Assembly (NCBI RefSeq): GCF_963506605.1
Contig: NC_083285.1
Location: 34,348,001 to 34,412,000, forward strand
Length of the DNA stretch: 64,000 nt
Origin: Zootoca vivipara
Taxonomy: Eukaryota
Reading direction: 5' to 3'
Shown: piece after piece, positions 1 through 12,113 of the stretch
Numbering within the stretch: position 1 is the stretch's first letter
Layout of the letters: every line of letters begins with the position of its first letter
Program-made: the position numbers and the translations under genes
Notes under the pieces: model-generated
What the model was told of the DNA's origin: nothing
Database searches by the model: none
What the model saw: only the letters and a program-made list of their open reading frames with translations

Positions 1-109
1 CAGGGACATCCTAAGGAAAAGCGGGACATTCCAGGATCAAATCAGAAACTAGGATAGCTCCTGTAAATCTGGGACGGTCCCTGGAAAATAGGGACACTTG
101 GAGGGTCTG
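1..109. mobile_element. Right end of a hAT-type MITE (truncated by window edge)
   Basis: Repeated GGGAC subterminal motifs ending in TTGGAGGGTCTG, related to the terminus of the element at 24568-24732. Confidence 0.55.
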
Positions 110-1590
110 TCATATGCACTGTCGAGCTGTGTGTGTGTAGAGTGTGTAGAACACCCTGTTTGTGTGTTCATCTTGCACCCAGCTGGCGATATCCCACTCC
201 ACACTCCATGCCAGAAAATGACTTTTCTTTCTGTAATGTTTTGTCATGATTGCAAGAAAACGGCTACCTTGCAAAAGGAAAATAAAACTGCTTCAAGGGG
301 TGTGTTTCCTGATGTTAAGAAACAACATGTTTCTCTACAATACCCTTAGGCCTGGCTGCAATCTGAAACAGATATACTGGAGAGTAAAATGGGACTTCCT
401 TCTGAATAGACATGCAGAGAATTGCACTCTAAGACTGTGTATATGTCGTGCATTTAAAACACCCCTCTTAAAAATTCCTGGAAACTGCAGATCTCCCCTT
501 TCAGGGCTTAAATTTGAAACACCCTTAAGAAATTACAGTTCCCAGGATTCTTAGGAAATATTTTTAAAATGTTCTTTAAACTTCCCAAATCTTGGTCCTG
601 TCTTCAGGAAGTAGAGTCTTGAGGGTGGGGTGGTGATGGAGGAATTACATTTGAAATCAATATTCTATTCAAGTTTTAGGCTGCAATTCTAGCCACACTT
701 ACCTGGGAGTAGGCCTGGCTGAATATAATGGGACCTGCTTCTGAGTATGCATGAGTCAGATTGCAAGCTATGCCATCATGCCCTTTCCCTATACCTGTTT
801 ATCCTCATCTTCACCATTAATGAAATCCGTGTTTCATTTCTTGCTGAGTGATCGTGTCCATTGCAGCATGCAATCCAAGCCAAGCAAGTTACGGCAGAAA
901 ATGCAAACAAACCTGAGAAATGTTTCACAAGCGTGCCTTACATAGTCAATGATCCACCACACACTGAAGTCGCCACTTGTCATGTTGGTTTGTACAATAA
1001 GCTCAATGGAGCAAAGTGTATTTTGGCCACATGGAGGTTACAGTTTTTCTCGTACTTCCACTATGCCCCCTAATGGAAGAAAGGTAGATAGAGGAATAAA
1101 CTTGACTTACTATGCTAACAACAGCCAAGTGTATGTTCATTTCATTCATCTTCTGGGTCTGCTTAATAATATCCTGTGCAATGTTCGTATTAAATCATTC
1201 AACAGTTCTTTATGAAATTAGTTTTTGATTTTTTGTCACCTCCTGAAGTATGAAGTTCGCATATTTTTATGTGCAACTGATTACGTTGAAAGAAACAAAG
1301 TCACATACATGTTTGTAAACCATTTTTTTAAAAAAAAAAATCAAATATCAGCAAGGGTGCAGTCCTATGCATACTTGCTTGTGAATAGGACCCCTTCAAG
1401 TTACTGTGGTTTCTTCTGGATAGACATGTAAAGTTAACTGGACCACATAGACTGATGTATTCTTGTTCCCCCTCCATCAAATATGTAAAACGGTAACATT
1501 TTACATACATCAGTGTATCAGTCTTGGAATCTTTGATGAGATGCATTTAAATATTATTGCGCTTCATTGGGGACTGGGGTCCATTGATTC

Positions 1591-1910
1591 AGAAGAACCT
1601 GCTGGATCAGGCCAATGGCCCATCTAGTCCAACATCCTGTTCACACAGTGCTCAGCCAGTTGCCTGTGGGGATAAACATTTAATAATAATGATGATGATA
1701 ATAATATTTTATTTTATTTTATTTTATTTAAAAATTGAGGCAGCAATGCTTCCGAATACCAGTTGCTGGAAATCAGCAGAGGGGAAGAGTGCTCTTGTGT
1801 TCAGGTTTTGCTTGAAGGATCCCCACAGGCAACGGGCCAGCCACTGTGTGAATAGTTTGCTGGACTAGAAGGGCCATTGGCCTGGTTCAGGAAGCTCTTC
1901 TCATGTTGTT
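1591..1910. mobile_element. Two CR1-type LINE 3' fragments in inverted orientation
   Basis: 1591-1672 is an imperfect reverse complement of 1820-1901. The same motif (ctgctggatcaggcca..catctagtccagcat) recurs near 10205, 22335, 24500, 27695 and 40115. Confidence 0.65.
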
Positions 1911-2122
1911 AGGTTCAATGGTCCAATTCCCAATGTGGCACATTATTTATTTATTATTATTATTATTTGGAATAATGATGCTGGTACATCATACCTACCG
2001 GATAACTGTGTCACTACCTATATCGTCTAAATTGCATGGGACATATGCATCACAGTTCGACTTTCTTGTTATTGTTGTTCCTCTTATCGCCCGATGCCTC
2101 CCGGTGTCCCTCTCCCTCTCTC

Positions 2123-2311
2123 TGCGTCAAGAAGCGCGGAGCGCAATTAACGACGCGCGTCAGTTTCACTCCGGAGAAGGGGAGGGAGGCGAGGAAGGAG
2201 GAGCGGGCGAGTGGGTGGGTGGGTGTTTCATTAAAAGACAGTGGCTGTTGTGCGTTTATGACATCAGCCCCCTCGCTTATATACTTAGGGAATGGCCCAG
2301 AACTCCCTTTA
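2123..2311 (+). promoter_or_regulatory. NTS proximal promoter: AP-1/CRE-like TGCGTCA (2123-2129), CRE half-site CGTCA (2158-2162), TGACATCA (2259-2266), TATA box TATATA (2278-2283), TSS predicted near 2305-2311
   Basis: Motifs read directly. TGACATCA just upstream of the TATA box is the known critical CRE/AP-1-like element of mammalian NT/N promoters. Confidence 0.8.
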
Positions 2312-2360
2312 TGGTCCAGACCAACAGAAATCAGCTCAAGGCAGTAGGAAAGCCGAAGAC

Positions 2361-2463
2361 CTCTCGACTCTCTCTCTCCCTCCCTCTCTCTCTCTCTCTT
2401 TCTCTTTTCTGTGCGTTTCCCTCCCTCTCTCCGCGTGTGTGTCTCCCTCTCTCGCTCTCGCTC
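2361..2463 (+). repeat. (CT)n-rich pyrimidine tract in the NTS 5' UTR
   Basis: Direct reading. Confidence 0.85.
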
Positions 2464-2515
2464 ACACAGCTTGTCCCTTCTTTGTACGGACTTTACTTTC
2501 TAGAGGGAAAGAAGC

Positions 2516-2585
2516 ATGGCAAAACTGAGGATGCAGCTAGTGTGCGCGATGCTCCTGGCGCTCGCCTCCTGGAGCCTCTGCTCAG
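2516..2585 (+). CDS. NTS: Neurotensin/neuromedin N precursor, coding exon 1 (signal peptide MAKLRMQLVCAMLLALASWSLCS)
   Basis: ATG at 2516 (AGCATGG). Translation resembles the mammalian NTS signal peptide (MKIQLVCMLLLAFSSWSLCS). Ends at donor CAG|GTAAG, phase 1, which joins in frame to exon 2. An in-frame TAG lies upstream at 2501-2503. Confidence 0.95.
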
Positions 2586-3452
2586 GTAAGTCCCGTTACT
2601 GCAGCCTCTCTCCGCAGGGCTAACGGCAAGGGGCGCCTCTTCTCGGGCTTGCCTCTCTCTCTGGCGAGGAGGAGGACGCAGGGCGGTTTTATGCTAAGCT
2701 GGGAGAGCCGCATGCAGGGGAGACTGCGTTGCGAAATGCCTAGTCAATCCCGAAATACTTGGCCGGTTTCAAAGATTGGGCGCCCAACAGGGCGGATGCT
2801 ATCTATGGTGGAGCAGCTCTCAGGAGGTGTCTAAACTCGGAGATTTATTGTAGTGTGCGTGTGCGCGCAAGAGTAGCACACAACTTTCAAGGAAGTGTGC
2901 GCCTGTGGTTGCCAACGCGCGCTCGCTTCTCCCCTCTGCATCTGCTAAAAAAAAAAACCGGACCAAATGTACCAAAACAGTTCACTATAAGCTATCTTGA
3001 TACAGCTGGCCCCATCGAGGAAGATTCGTTGTAGGACTCTGAAATCTGATGAACCACACCTGAAACCGACTGAAAAATTCCTATGGCTTAATCCAGACTT
3101 GGATAGGCTTGCCGTGTGCTCAGTCCTACACATGGAGAAAGGTGATTCTAGATCAAAACTGAAAGAAGACCCTTTAATGTGAAACAAACAATAGATCCAT
3201 TTTGAAGACAGGCAACTCGGCTCTGGTCCTCAGGTCTACTGTACGTTTGCTGGCTAGTTTTAGGGCAAGTCACCTTTTTACCTGTAATTCAGTTTTGTTT
3301 TGTTTTCGTAAAATACAATGAGGAAAGTAATCTATCTCATAGGCTGCTGTGAGAACGAGGGTGCTTTCAGATGGACACTTAATATTGTTAATGGATTGTT
3401 CAAATATAAAAGGGTTATTGTCAACAGGTGGTGCACATATATGTGCACACGA

Positions 3453-3476
3453 ACACACACACACACACACACACAC
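3453..3476. repeat. (AC)n microsatellite
   Basis: Direct reading. Confidence 0.9.
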
Positions 3477-5563
3477 TGCTATTTTTCTTGAAAAATAGGT
3501 TCACTATGAACACCTCCCTCGTCTCTTAGAATGGCAATGGCACCCACCTGTGACGTGCCAAAACTGAGTTCCCTGCATTTACCCCAGAAAAAAGCAAATC
3601 CTGATTAAGTGAGGTGGAGGTGGAATTGGGCTGGCATTTTGATGCCTTGACATCTTATGGATGCTGTGAAAAGCATGCATACCCAGGGCACACCCATCCA
3701 TAATCAACTCCTATCTGAAAGCACCCTGAATGGGATAAGAATGTATGGTTACTTGATTTGGCTGCAAGGTAAAAGAGAAGGTTCTTTCTGAAGCTTTGAG
3801 CAAGATCTACCGAAGGGGCAAACTGCATCTTTCCAGTCTGTCCATAGCTGAAACTCATCAATAACATGGTTGATTTCACATGAATTTAAAGGATCAGAAA
3901 GAAGTTTTTTCTCAATGAAAATGTGGGTTTAAGTAAATGTAGCAGCAGATCACCATAAAGAAAGAAAGAAAACAGGGATATTGAATGCAAATATACTGCT
4001 TTAAATCAACTCTACTCACCTCCCAAAAAATATCTTTTGGTAACCTGTACTTTGGAATATCATTTCCCCTAAAGAAAAAAGCTGCAGTGTGCAAAATACA
4101 AAATAATCTGATATTCCTATGATACACAGAGAGACATAAACTAGGGTAAACCAAGTTCAAATCAAATGTCCATGTGTTTCATGACTATTCATGAAATATT
4201 TCATGGAGTAAAGTTGTATTTCATATTCAGCTGCTTCATGTAGAGTTCAAAACTCTATGATGCATGGTTCAAGACTAGAGCAAAAGTATTCCCAAACTCA
4301 TTAAAAATGCTTATGCTTTAAACCTTTGTATCTTTATGTGGATGTAGTGAAGTAGCAACCCAGAATCCAGTGCAGTTACAATGAAGGAATTCTTTTTTTA
4401 AATCAGTGAGGTTTAAAGTTAAACAACACTTCAATTTCTGTGTCATGCTGAACCCAATGAATCTTACTTTAAAAACAGTGTACTGTTTAGGGGAGCATCT
4501 AACAGCTCTCTCCCTTTTTAAATCAGTTTTTATCTCCCTTTTTATCAGTATATTGCATTTTCCTATCAGAAGAAATGTCAAAAGTACATAAACCATTGTT
4601 TAAGGGCTCTACAGATATTGGGTACTATAATAGCCCAGTTGATAACATGGATACTTTGATATGAAGTGTTCTCATCCCGGTGTCAGAAACAGAGCTTTCT
4701 CAACTTTTTATTTTTTTAAATCTGTTACTAATTGTGCTGTTAAGTGTTAGGAAAGTCATTGTAAGAAAAGTGGTATTTAGATCTACTTAAAACAGCAGGA
4801 GCTGTATTCTTCAATGGCACAGCACTTCTCTTTTGCAAATGTTCTTTTGCAATCCTCTGTTATTATAAAGCCAAGAGAACACTTATGCAAATATTCCATT
4901 TTTCAATTTGAGAACATTGCTGTTCCTTGTACTTGATCATCCCAAACACAATCTAGTGATAAGTACTTTAAAATCCCACTGGATTCCAATGGGAAGTGCA
5001 AGCACTTGCCAAAAAGCTTTCATTAAAACCAATGCAGTGCCTTAAGTTTGACTAGGATCATACGAGTGATATCCATAGAACGGTCCATAGAACACTGAAT
5101 GATTGCCATTGAACTCACTGAGCTTTTAATCTGAATATTTAGATTTACATATTTATAGTTAGAACCAGACAAAAAATGAAGTAGAACACAGCAGGGTAGC
5201 AAATACTACTACCATCCATATCTTTAACTCTGAGGACATGATATGTAAAGCATGACATGAGGTTGAAGGTGACTCTAAAATTCAAAATCTCCTTGTGAGT
5301 TCATGGAATTGAAACAGGATGCCTTTCATACAGATTATAGTAGCAGTTTTCAAGTGTAACTATCATTTTCAGTTGCCATTAGCATCATTTTTCTGATGTG
5401 CACATCCCTGGGTTGTTTTCACTTATTCTGGAGATATATATGCATAGTATTATTTTTGCCTAGATAGATATTTTCCCAGATCTATGAATTGTTTTTCCTT
5501 ACAGGAAGATGTACACCAATATGGTTTTTTTGAATTCACTCACATGCTTATATACCCACATGT

Positions 5564-5818
5564 GAGAGCCAGCGTGGTGAAGTGGTTAAGAGCAGTGGAC
5601 TCGTAATCTGGGGAACCGGGTTCGTGTCCCCACTCCTCCACATGCAGCTGCTGGGTGACCTTGGGCTAGTCACACTTCTCTGAAGTCTCTCAACCTCACT
5701 CACCTCACAGAGTGTTTGTTGTGGGGGAGGAAGGGAAAGGAGATTGTTAGCCGCTTTGAGACTCCTTAGGGTAGTGATAAAGTGGGATATCAAATCCAAA
5801 CTCCTCCTCCTCCTCCTC
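5564..5818 (+). mobile_element. tRNA-derived CORE-type squamate SINE (Squam3-like)
   Basis: A box TGGTGAAGTGG, B box GGTTCGTGTCC, CORE-like GGGTGACCTTGGGCTAGTCAC, (CTC)n tail. Confidence 0.8.
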
Positions 5819-7006
5819 ACTCTACCCCAATGTTCTTTGCTTTTATACACCAAGTTGTCTGGATTCCTTCATTACAATATAACTGCCTACTTTGGGCAGC
5901 ATTCTTTCAGCAATATCGTTTCTCATACAATTTGTATTGCAATCTAGCTCCATTAGAGATGATGAAAAAAAATGTTGATTTTAAGCAGATGTGGCTTGCA
6001 CCTATAAGTTGGCATCTATCTACTGCTTATAATTTATACCATAGACCTATTAATAACACTATTCCAAAGATACTGTATTCATTGTGTGAATTTGATACTG
6101 TAAAAGATATGGTCTACAGATTATTCTGTTTAAAAGTTTACTAGGCTAAATCACTATGAATATTATTGGGCGATTCCAACCAAGTCAGTAGTTTTAGTAA
6201 GTCCATTTCATTGTTGTTTTCAGCTACTGGTGCCCTTGGAAGAGACCCTGTAGCAACATAATACCCCTTAAGTATCTTCATACATGTTTGTATATATTGT
6301 CCCCCAATCCTAGTTATGACTTAAAACAGTTAATGATTAAATTTTATCGCTATCAATGGCACAGTGATCTTGATCTTATTCATATTGATTTAGAGGGAAG
6401 TCCCAGTGCTTTCAATGAAACTCAATCTCAATAATTGTGCATAGGGTTGCAGCCTTAGCCACAGCAAACCATAGCTGCATTGGGGCCAAATGAACTTAGT
6501 TGCTCTTCTCCTTCTTCTCTTGGAATGCAATAAATTTTCCCCTGCAATTCACTGTTGAAATAAATTGCTTCTTATTCATGGATCAGTCCTCCAGACTTAT
6601 CCTTCCCTTGGGGGAAAGGGGGGGGGGAAGAACTTCAAGACTTGCTAGCATGCTAATATAGGGGTCACCTATGTTAGCAGAAAACTCTAAACCCCATTGG
6701 AACCATAAATCTCTTACTGTTTTAGTCATGTGGATCCATACATACAAACTCACTGAATATGGAATGTTTACTGTGAAAACTGTCCTTTCTGCCAAAAAGA
6801 AGTTCAACGCTATTTGACCTCTTGGATTTAAATATTTTCAGGATGTGCCTCTGGGTAAACGTAGTAGGAACTTAAAATAATTAAGTCATTAAACCTACCC
6901 CTCATCCCAAAGAACCAATGGGTTCTGAGCCCTAAAATGGTGATGGAGCCCTAAAATGTTGCAGTGGACCAATTATAAGCTGCTTTCATGATTGAGCTGC
7001 ACTTTT

Positions 7007-7008
<2 letters not shown>

Positions 7009-7039
<31 letters not shown>
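7009..7039. repeat. (AG)n microsatellite
   Basis: Direct reading. Confidence 0.9.
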
Positions 7040-7042
<3 letters not shown>

Positions 7043-7213
7043 CATAAATCAGGGAATGTGTATTAAAGAACAAACCACTTGCCAAGCATTTATTTTAGCC
7101 AGTGCTTAACCCTAAAATCCCTTTAAAGGATATTCCTAAATCCTATGTGTTGAAACCCAAATGCTAGTGATTTATAATGAAATAGCAAACATATGTTTCT
7201 GATTAACTCACAG

Positions 7214-7275
7214 ATTCAGAAGAGGAAATGAAAGCCTTAGAAGCTGATTTATTGACCAATATGTATACATCAAAG
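7214..7275 (+). CDS. NTS: NTS coding exon 2 (DSEEEMKALEADLLTNMYTSK)
   Basis: Acceptor ctcacag|AT, donor AAG|GTAATG, 62 nt. Peptide is near-identical to mammalian DSEEEMKALEADFLTNMHTSK. Confidence 0.96.
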
Positions 7276-8799
7276 GTAATGTTTCCCCCTTTTTGCCACA
7301 GAATGCATGAATTCTCAAACATATTTGTTTTAGCACACCATCGTAAAACCACAGTTTTACAATATTCTATACAAGGTATTGTGCAAAAATTCTCTTCAAT
7401 TTCAAAGACAGCAGAAAGCCAAAATCTACGGGTGAAGGGATAGTGAAAAATTTGTGTTTTCTCAGCTGAACTGTTGATACATTTACTGAACAGCCAGCAT
7501 GGAAATATGGCCTGAAGTACATTTATTTGAGGAAGATATATTCCTGGTCAGAATATACCTGATGAAAGTTAAGGTAACATAAAATCAAATAATGATGTAA
7601 CATTTTAAAAGATGTGCAATTACCATATCAAGCCAGTGAAAATCCATCCCTAGAACTGCTAGTTTTATCATGTAGCAACATATTTTTTTAGCGAACCTCC
7701 AATTGATGGAAAAATTACTTCCATGGCATGAAATCAGTGAATGATGGCTCCTTCATTTTGAGGATATTGTATCCCTTCATATTTGGTCTCAAATGGATGG
7801 CCTCAGGATCCCACAGGTGACATATCAAAATGTGGAACATATGGTTTGACAGGCAGGTAGCCAAAGAAAGGGTACCCAAGTTATATCTCCTTAATGTAAG
7901 TGAATAGCTAATGCTTCACCATCAAAAGATTTATTGCACAGGTTAAAAGCAGGATCCTTCAGACACAAATGGTCATCCCCCCACTTCGAAAGAAAATTTG
8001 ATCTAAATTTTAATCTAAATTTTGGCAAGCTATAGTCAATATTACCATTTTCCAAGTCTTTCACCTGCAATCCATATGTTCAGGACCTTTGTCTTTGCTG
8101 GAACAGGTGATTGCAGTCTTGTGGCCTTGGTAGAAATAGCATTTCTGCTGCTACTACTAATTGCTCTAAAGGATTTCTATAATATAATGGGGGGGAAATA
8201 TCTGAATTCTCTCCCCCCTCTCTCTCACATACACACACATAATATGAGCCACAGGGTTGTGTTTTCTTATAATGATGCCTCAACAAAATACTTTTTCTTG
8301 GTTAAACTGGTGATACCTTGGGGGGGGGAATTAGACTAATCCTTACTGGAAGACATGGTCGAAGCCATCAAAAGGCATCAAAAGAGTGTACAGACCATTT
8401 GTGCCTGTACACTCTCACCTATGGCTAGAAAAGGCTTCACATTGAAGTGAAGCATGGACTTTGTTAACCAGGAGATGGGAGCCTCCAAATGTTCCTAGAC
8501 TAGAACTCCCATTATGTCTTATTATTGGCAATGCTGGTTGTGGTTGAAATTAGTTGGAGGCCACAGGCTCCCCAGCTCAGTTATAAGTGGTTGCTGAAGC
8601 ATTAGCAGCTGCCCTAAATTGCCAAGAAAAAGTATAAAACATAAAGAAAACATGAACATTTATATATGGGGAAGGGGGTGGGGGAGACGACCAAAGAACC
8701 TATCTGACACAAAAACAAGCAAATTAGTTTCAACCAAAAGAGAGGCAAATGCAAACTGAAGTTGTGTGGACCCATAAAGACAAACAGATTTATCATGGC

Positions 8800-8890
8800 A
8801 TAAACTTCCTAGTCATTAAGTTTAGTCTTCAAGGTGACTCATGACTTTTTTGTGTATTTGCTACAGCAGACTAACTCAGCTAAGCCCCTT
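8800..8890 (+). mobile_element. Degenerate Penelope-like terminal fragment
   Basis: ttagtcttcaaggtg...cagactaactcagcta resembles the termini of the younger copies listed below. Confidence 0.4.
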
Positions 8891-9478
8891 TTGGATTTAT
8901 AACAAAGGGAATTGCTGGCACTTTTTAATTTAGATATTTGAAAGTGGAATGGCAAAGACATAATTACTTCTGATGTACATGCTTTTTTCTTCCTTGGGCC
9001 ACCACCGCCTACTGTCACCTCAAACAGGCCAAACTCTCCAAAGCCTGTTTAACATAAATGATGGTGGTCTGGACTCTGGCAACTATGGATCTAACAATCT
9101 ACCAACAGCTATCTGAAATAGCAACCATCTAATAATCTCCCCCCACCCTCTTTTACTCTGATAAAATACGTGGATAGCACATCGGTAAAGCATACCAGAG
9201 GATGGCATTAATGAGGCAAACCTTTTCTTCTGGTTTGTGTGATATCCTTTGGCATGAATTATCATGGCGAGGTTCACAACCCATCCAATGGCCTTAAAGT
9301 GAACAGTATAAAGGGATGAAGAGAAATAAACATGAAAGAAAACTGAGTGCTACAAACCTCAGGACTGAGCAACAAAGTATCTAACTGCCATGCTGTCTCA
9401 ATTTTGAACATTTTTTTAAAAAATATTTTCAAAAATGTTACATTTGTTTCTGCCAGGGTGCTTGCACTTCCATGAATG

Positions 9479-9500
9479 CTTTCTTTCTCTTTCTTTCTTT

Positions 9501-9548
<48 letters not shown>

Positions 9549-9550
9549 TT
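9479..9550. repeat. (TTTC)n microsatellite
   Basis: Direct reading. Confidence 0.92.
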
Positions 9551-10199
9551 TAGATTAGTGTTCTCTTGTGAGGAAATGATTCCCTGGACACTGCACCAGG
9601 GTTTTTCCTTTTGTTTTTAAAGCCACATCCCTTGCATGCATAGTTCACATTGCAAATCTTCTGCATTTTAGCAAATTGCTCCATGACTCTTGAAAACTTC
9701 ACGCCCTGATTCTCTTAGGGCTTCTCCAGATGATGTATTTATTGAGCATTCATCCCAGTTTGCTTGTGCAAAGCATAAGCAGAGGTTAAATTATGGTCTC
9801 CCATTCAGAGCATTCATCCTGATTTGCCCGTGGGGGTGTTCATATGTCTTTTCATTAATCATTAATTCATCGCACACGGTCCAGTGCAATTCATTTTCAC
9901 TCTCCTTCTCCTAACTTCAAAAAGTGGTTTGTTTTTTTAAAAAAGGTTTTGTTGAGCAACAGAGCCCATTTAATCCACTTCAGTTGATCAAGCCTAAATC
10001 TCTAGTATGCCCATGAATCCCTCCCACAAAATAGTTACATTCTGCAGGAGCCATTACTTTTCATTCATTCTTTTTCATGGGGAGCCTGCTTGTCCCGCTG
10101 GATGTTGTTGGGCTCCAACTCCCATCAGCCATAGAAAGAAGGTCCAAGGATCAAGGGCAATAGGAGTTCTAGGCCAGTAATCTGGAGGGCAGTAAACTC

Positions 10200-10650
10200 A
10201 TAAGAATAGCCTGCTGGATCAAGCCAATGATCCTGGATCCTGTTCTCACAGTGGCCAACCAGATGCCTGTGGGAAACCAGTGAGCAAAATATGGCCATAA
10301 AAGCATGCTCCTGCCCCATGGTTTCCATTGATAGTCCACAAATTTGTCTCGTTCTCTTTTAATGCCGTCAAAGTTGGTGGCCATTGCTGCCTTCTAGGGG
10401 AGTGAGTTCAATAGTTTGACTAGATGCTGCAGGAAGAAGACGTAGTTGCTTTTATTTCTCCTGAATCTTCTAACATTCAACTTCGTTGGATTTCCACAAA
10501 TTCTGGTGTTATGGAAGAGGGACAAAAGCTTTTCTCTCTCTAGTCACTTTCTCCATACCAAGCATAATTTTATAAACTTCATTCATGTTGCCTCTTGCTT
10601 GCTTTTTCTCTGAACTAAAAAGTCACAAATGCTGCAGTCTTTCTTGACAG
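10200..10650 (-). mobile_element. Old CR1-type LINE 3' fragment
   Basis: Shares the terminal motif with 1591-1672 and continues into degraded CR1 ORF2-like sequence. Confidence 0.55.
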
Positions 10651-11938
10651 AGGATCCACTCAGTCCCATTTGGTTACCATTGTGGTTACCCATCCTCGCT
10701 TTGGATCATCAAAGTGAGTAGCTGTTGCCTTAAAAGTGTTTACCTGAGCATTCAGGGTTGTATCCAGCTAAGTAGGGTAAGCCCACTGAAAGTAGTGAAT
10801 CCATTATCACCATATCCAATAATTTCAATCTTTCCTTTCTGCATGGAACTAGCACTGGATACAAACCCCCTGCAAAACAGAGATGTATATAAGTACCTTA
10901 ATCATTGTTCATGCTCAATTAAAAAAAAATAACCATTCAGATGAAATCCTAAACAATCTTTCAGAAGACTGGGTTTTGCCACCTTTTGGTTTTGCTTCCT
11001 GGACCCATCTGTTATTGTATCCCGGTAATTAAGTTGTCAAACAATCCTGCAAGGCTTGGACAGGTTCAGTTCCAAAGCAACCTTGCTTCAAAATGTCTTT
11101 CTTAATTAATTAAAATTGCCACTTCATGGGTAAAAAAAATATTCAGGAAGGTATTGACTGCAACTTCAGAACAGAACTTTGATAAATTTAATATTGATGG
11201 AATGTGGATTTAGTCACATAATGTATTTCAGTTTTCCATGAAACTGTGGGTATTGTTATGACAAAAATAATAGATTAAATAAACGCAAGCTTTTCATGAT
11301 AGTATATAGAAAACACACTCATTCATGTCTACTACTACTCATGTCCTTTGTCCAAAAATGAAGGGACGAATGAAGGTGTGGGGAACCTGTGCAGAAGTTG
11401 TTGGATTCCAACTCCCATCAGTCCTGGCCACCATGGCTCAAGGTTAGGGATAATGGGAGCTTAGCAGCACCCAGAGGGCCACATATACACCACCCCTAAT
11501 TTATATGTACAAAGAAAAGAAATCCTGAATGTTAGAATTAAGCTTTCTACTTTGAAACATCTCTTAAGGCTCTCTTGAATTGTCACTTATCCAACAGCAC
11601 AGATGTAACAAGGTTTATTTTAACTGGCAAAATAGCAGAAGTCTGGGGAAATGTTTTGCATTTGAATCGAACAATTCAGTGTCTGTACATCCATGGTGGA
11701 AAATTGCTTGATAGAATGAAAGTGCTCTAGAGGGAGAATAGTATCTTTTTTCAAACTAATTAACAAAATGATTTACAAAGTGTTAATTAGCTGACAAAAA
11801 AACCTTCCCAGTGTAGTAAGTGTTTTGATGTTAACACACTTTCCTCATGTGCATCCTTAAATGCAAAGAACATTGTTTAGGTAAGCAGTGAAGGTGAGAC
11901 TGACTAAAACAGATTGAATGGTGATCAGTAATCAAAAT

Positions 11939-12113
11939 AAAATAAATTCCTTGCAGTAGCACCTTAGAGACCAACTACGTTTGTTGTTGGTATGAGCATG
12001 CACACGAAAGCTCATACCAATAACAAACTTAGTTGGTCTCTAAGGTGCTACTGGAAGGATTTTTTTTTAATTTTGTTTCGACTACGTCAGACCAACATGG
12101 CTACCTACCTGTA
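11939..12113 (+). mobile_element. Penelope-like element terminal repeat with inverted 5' arm (fold-back)
   Basis: About 53-bp inverted arms (4 mismatches), tail cagaccaacatggctacctacctgta, TSD ag(t/c)aatcaaaat at 11927-11938 and 12114-12125. Confidence 0.75.

Larger units (their letters stand above)
2055..2930. other. CpG island spanning the NTS promoter, exon 1 and the start of intron 1
   Basis: Dense CG dinucleotides (e.g. cgacgcgcgt, gtgcgcgcaa, aacgcgcgctcgc) against a CpG-depleted background. Confidence 0.8.

Noticed and set aside
1903-2589. 228-aa ORF overlapping the NTS promoter and exon 1
   Set aside because: Low-complexity translation of GC-rich and (CT)n sequence. It starts upstream of the TATA box and is out of frame with the true NTS signal-peptide exon.
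5564-5640. tRNA gene
   Set aside because: The A/B boxes belong to a SINE head followed by CORE body and tail; no complete cloverleaf. The same applies to 16140-16229.
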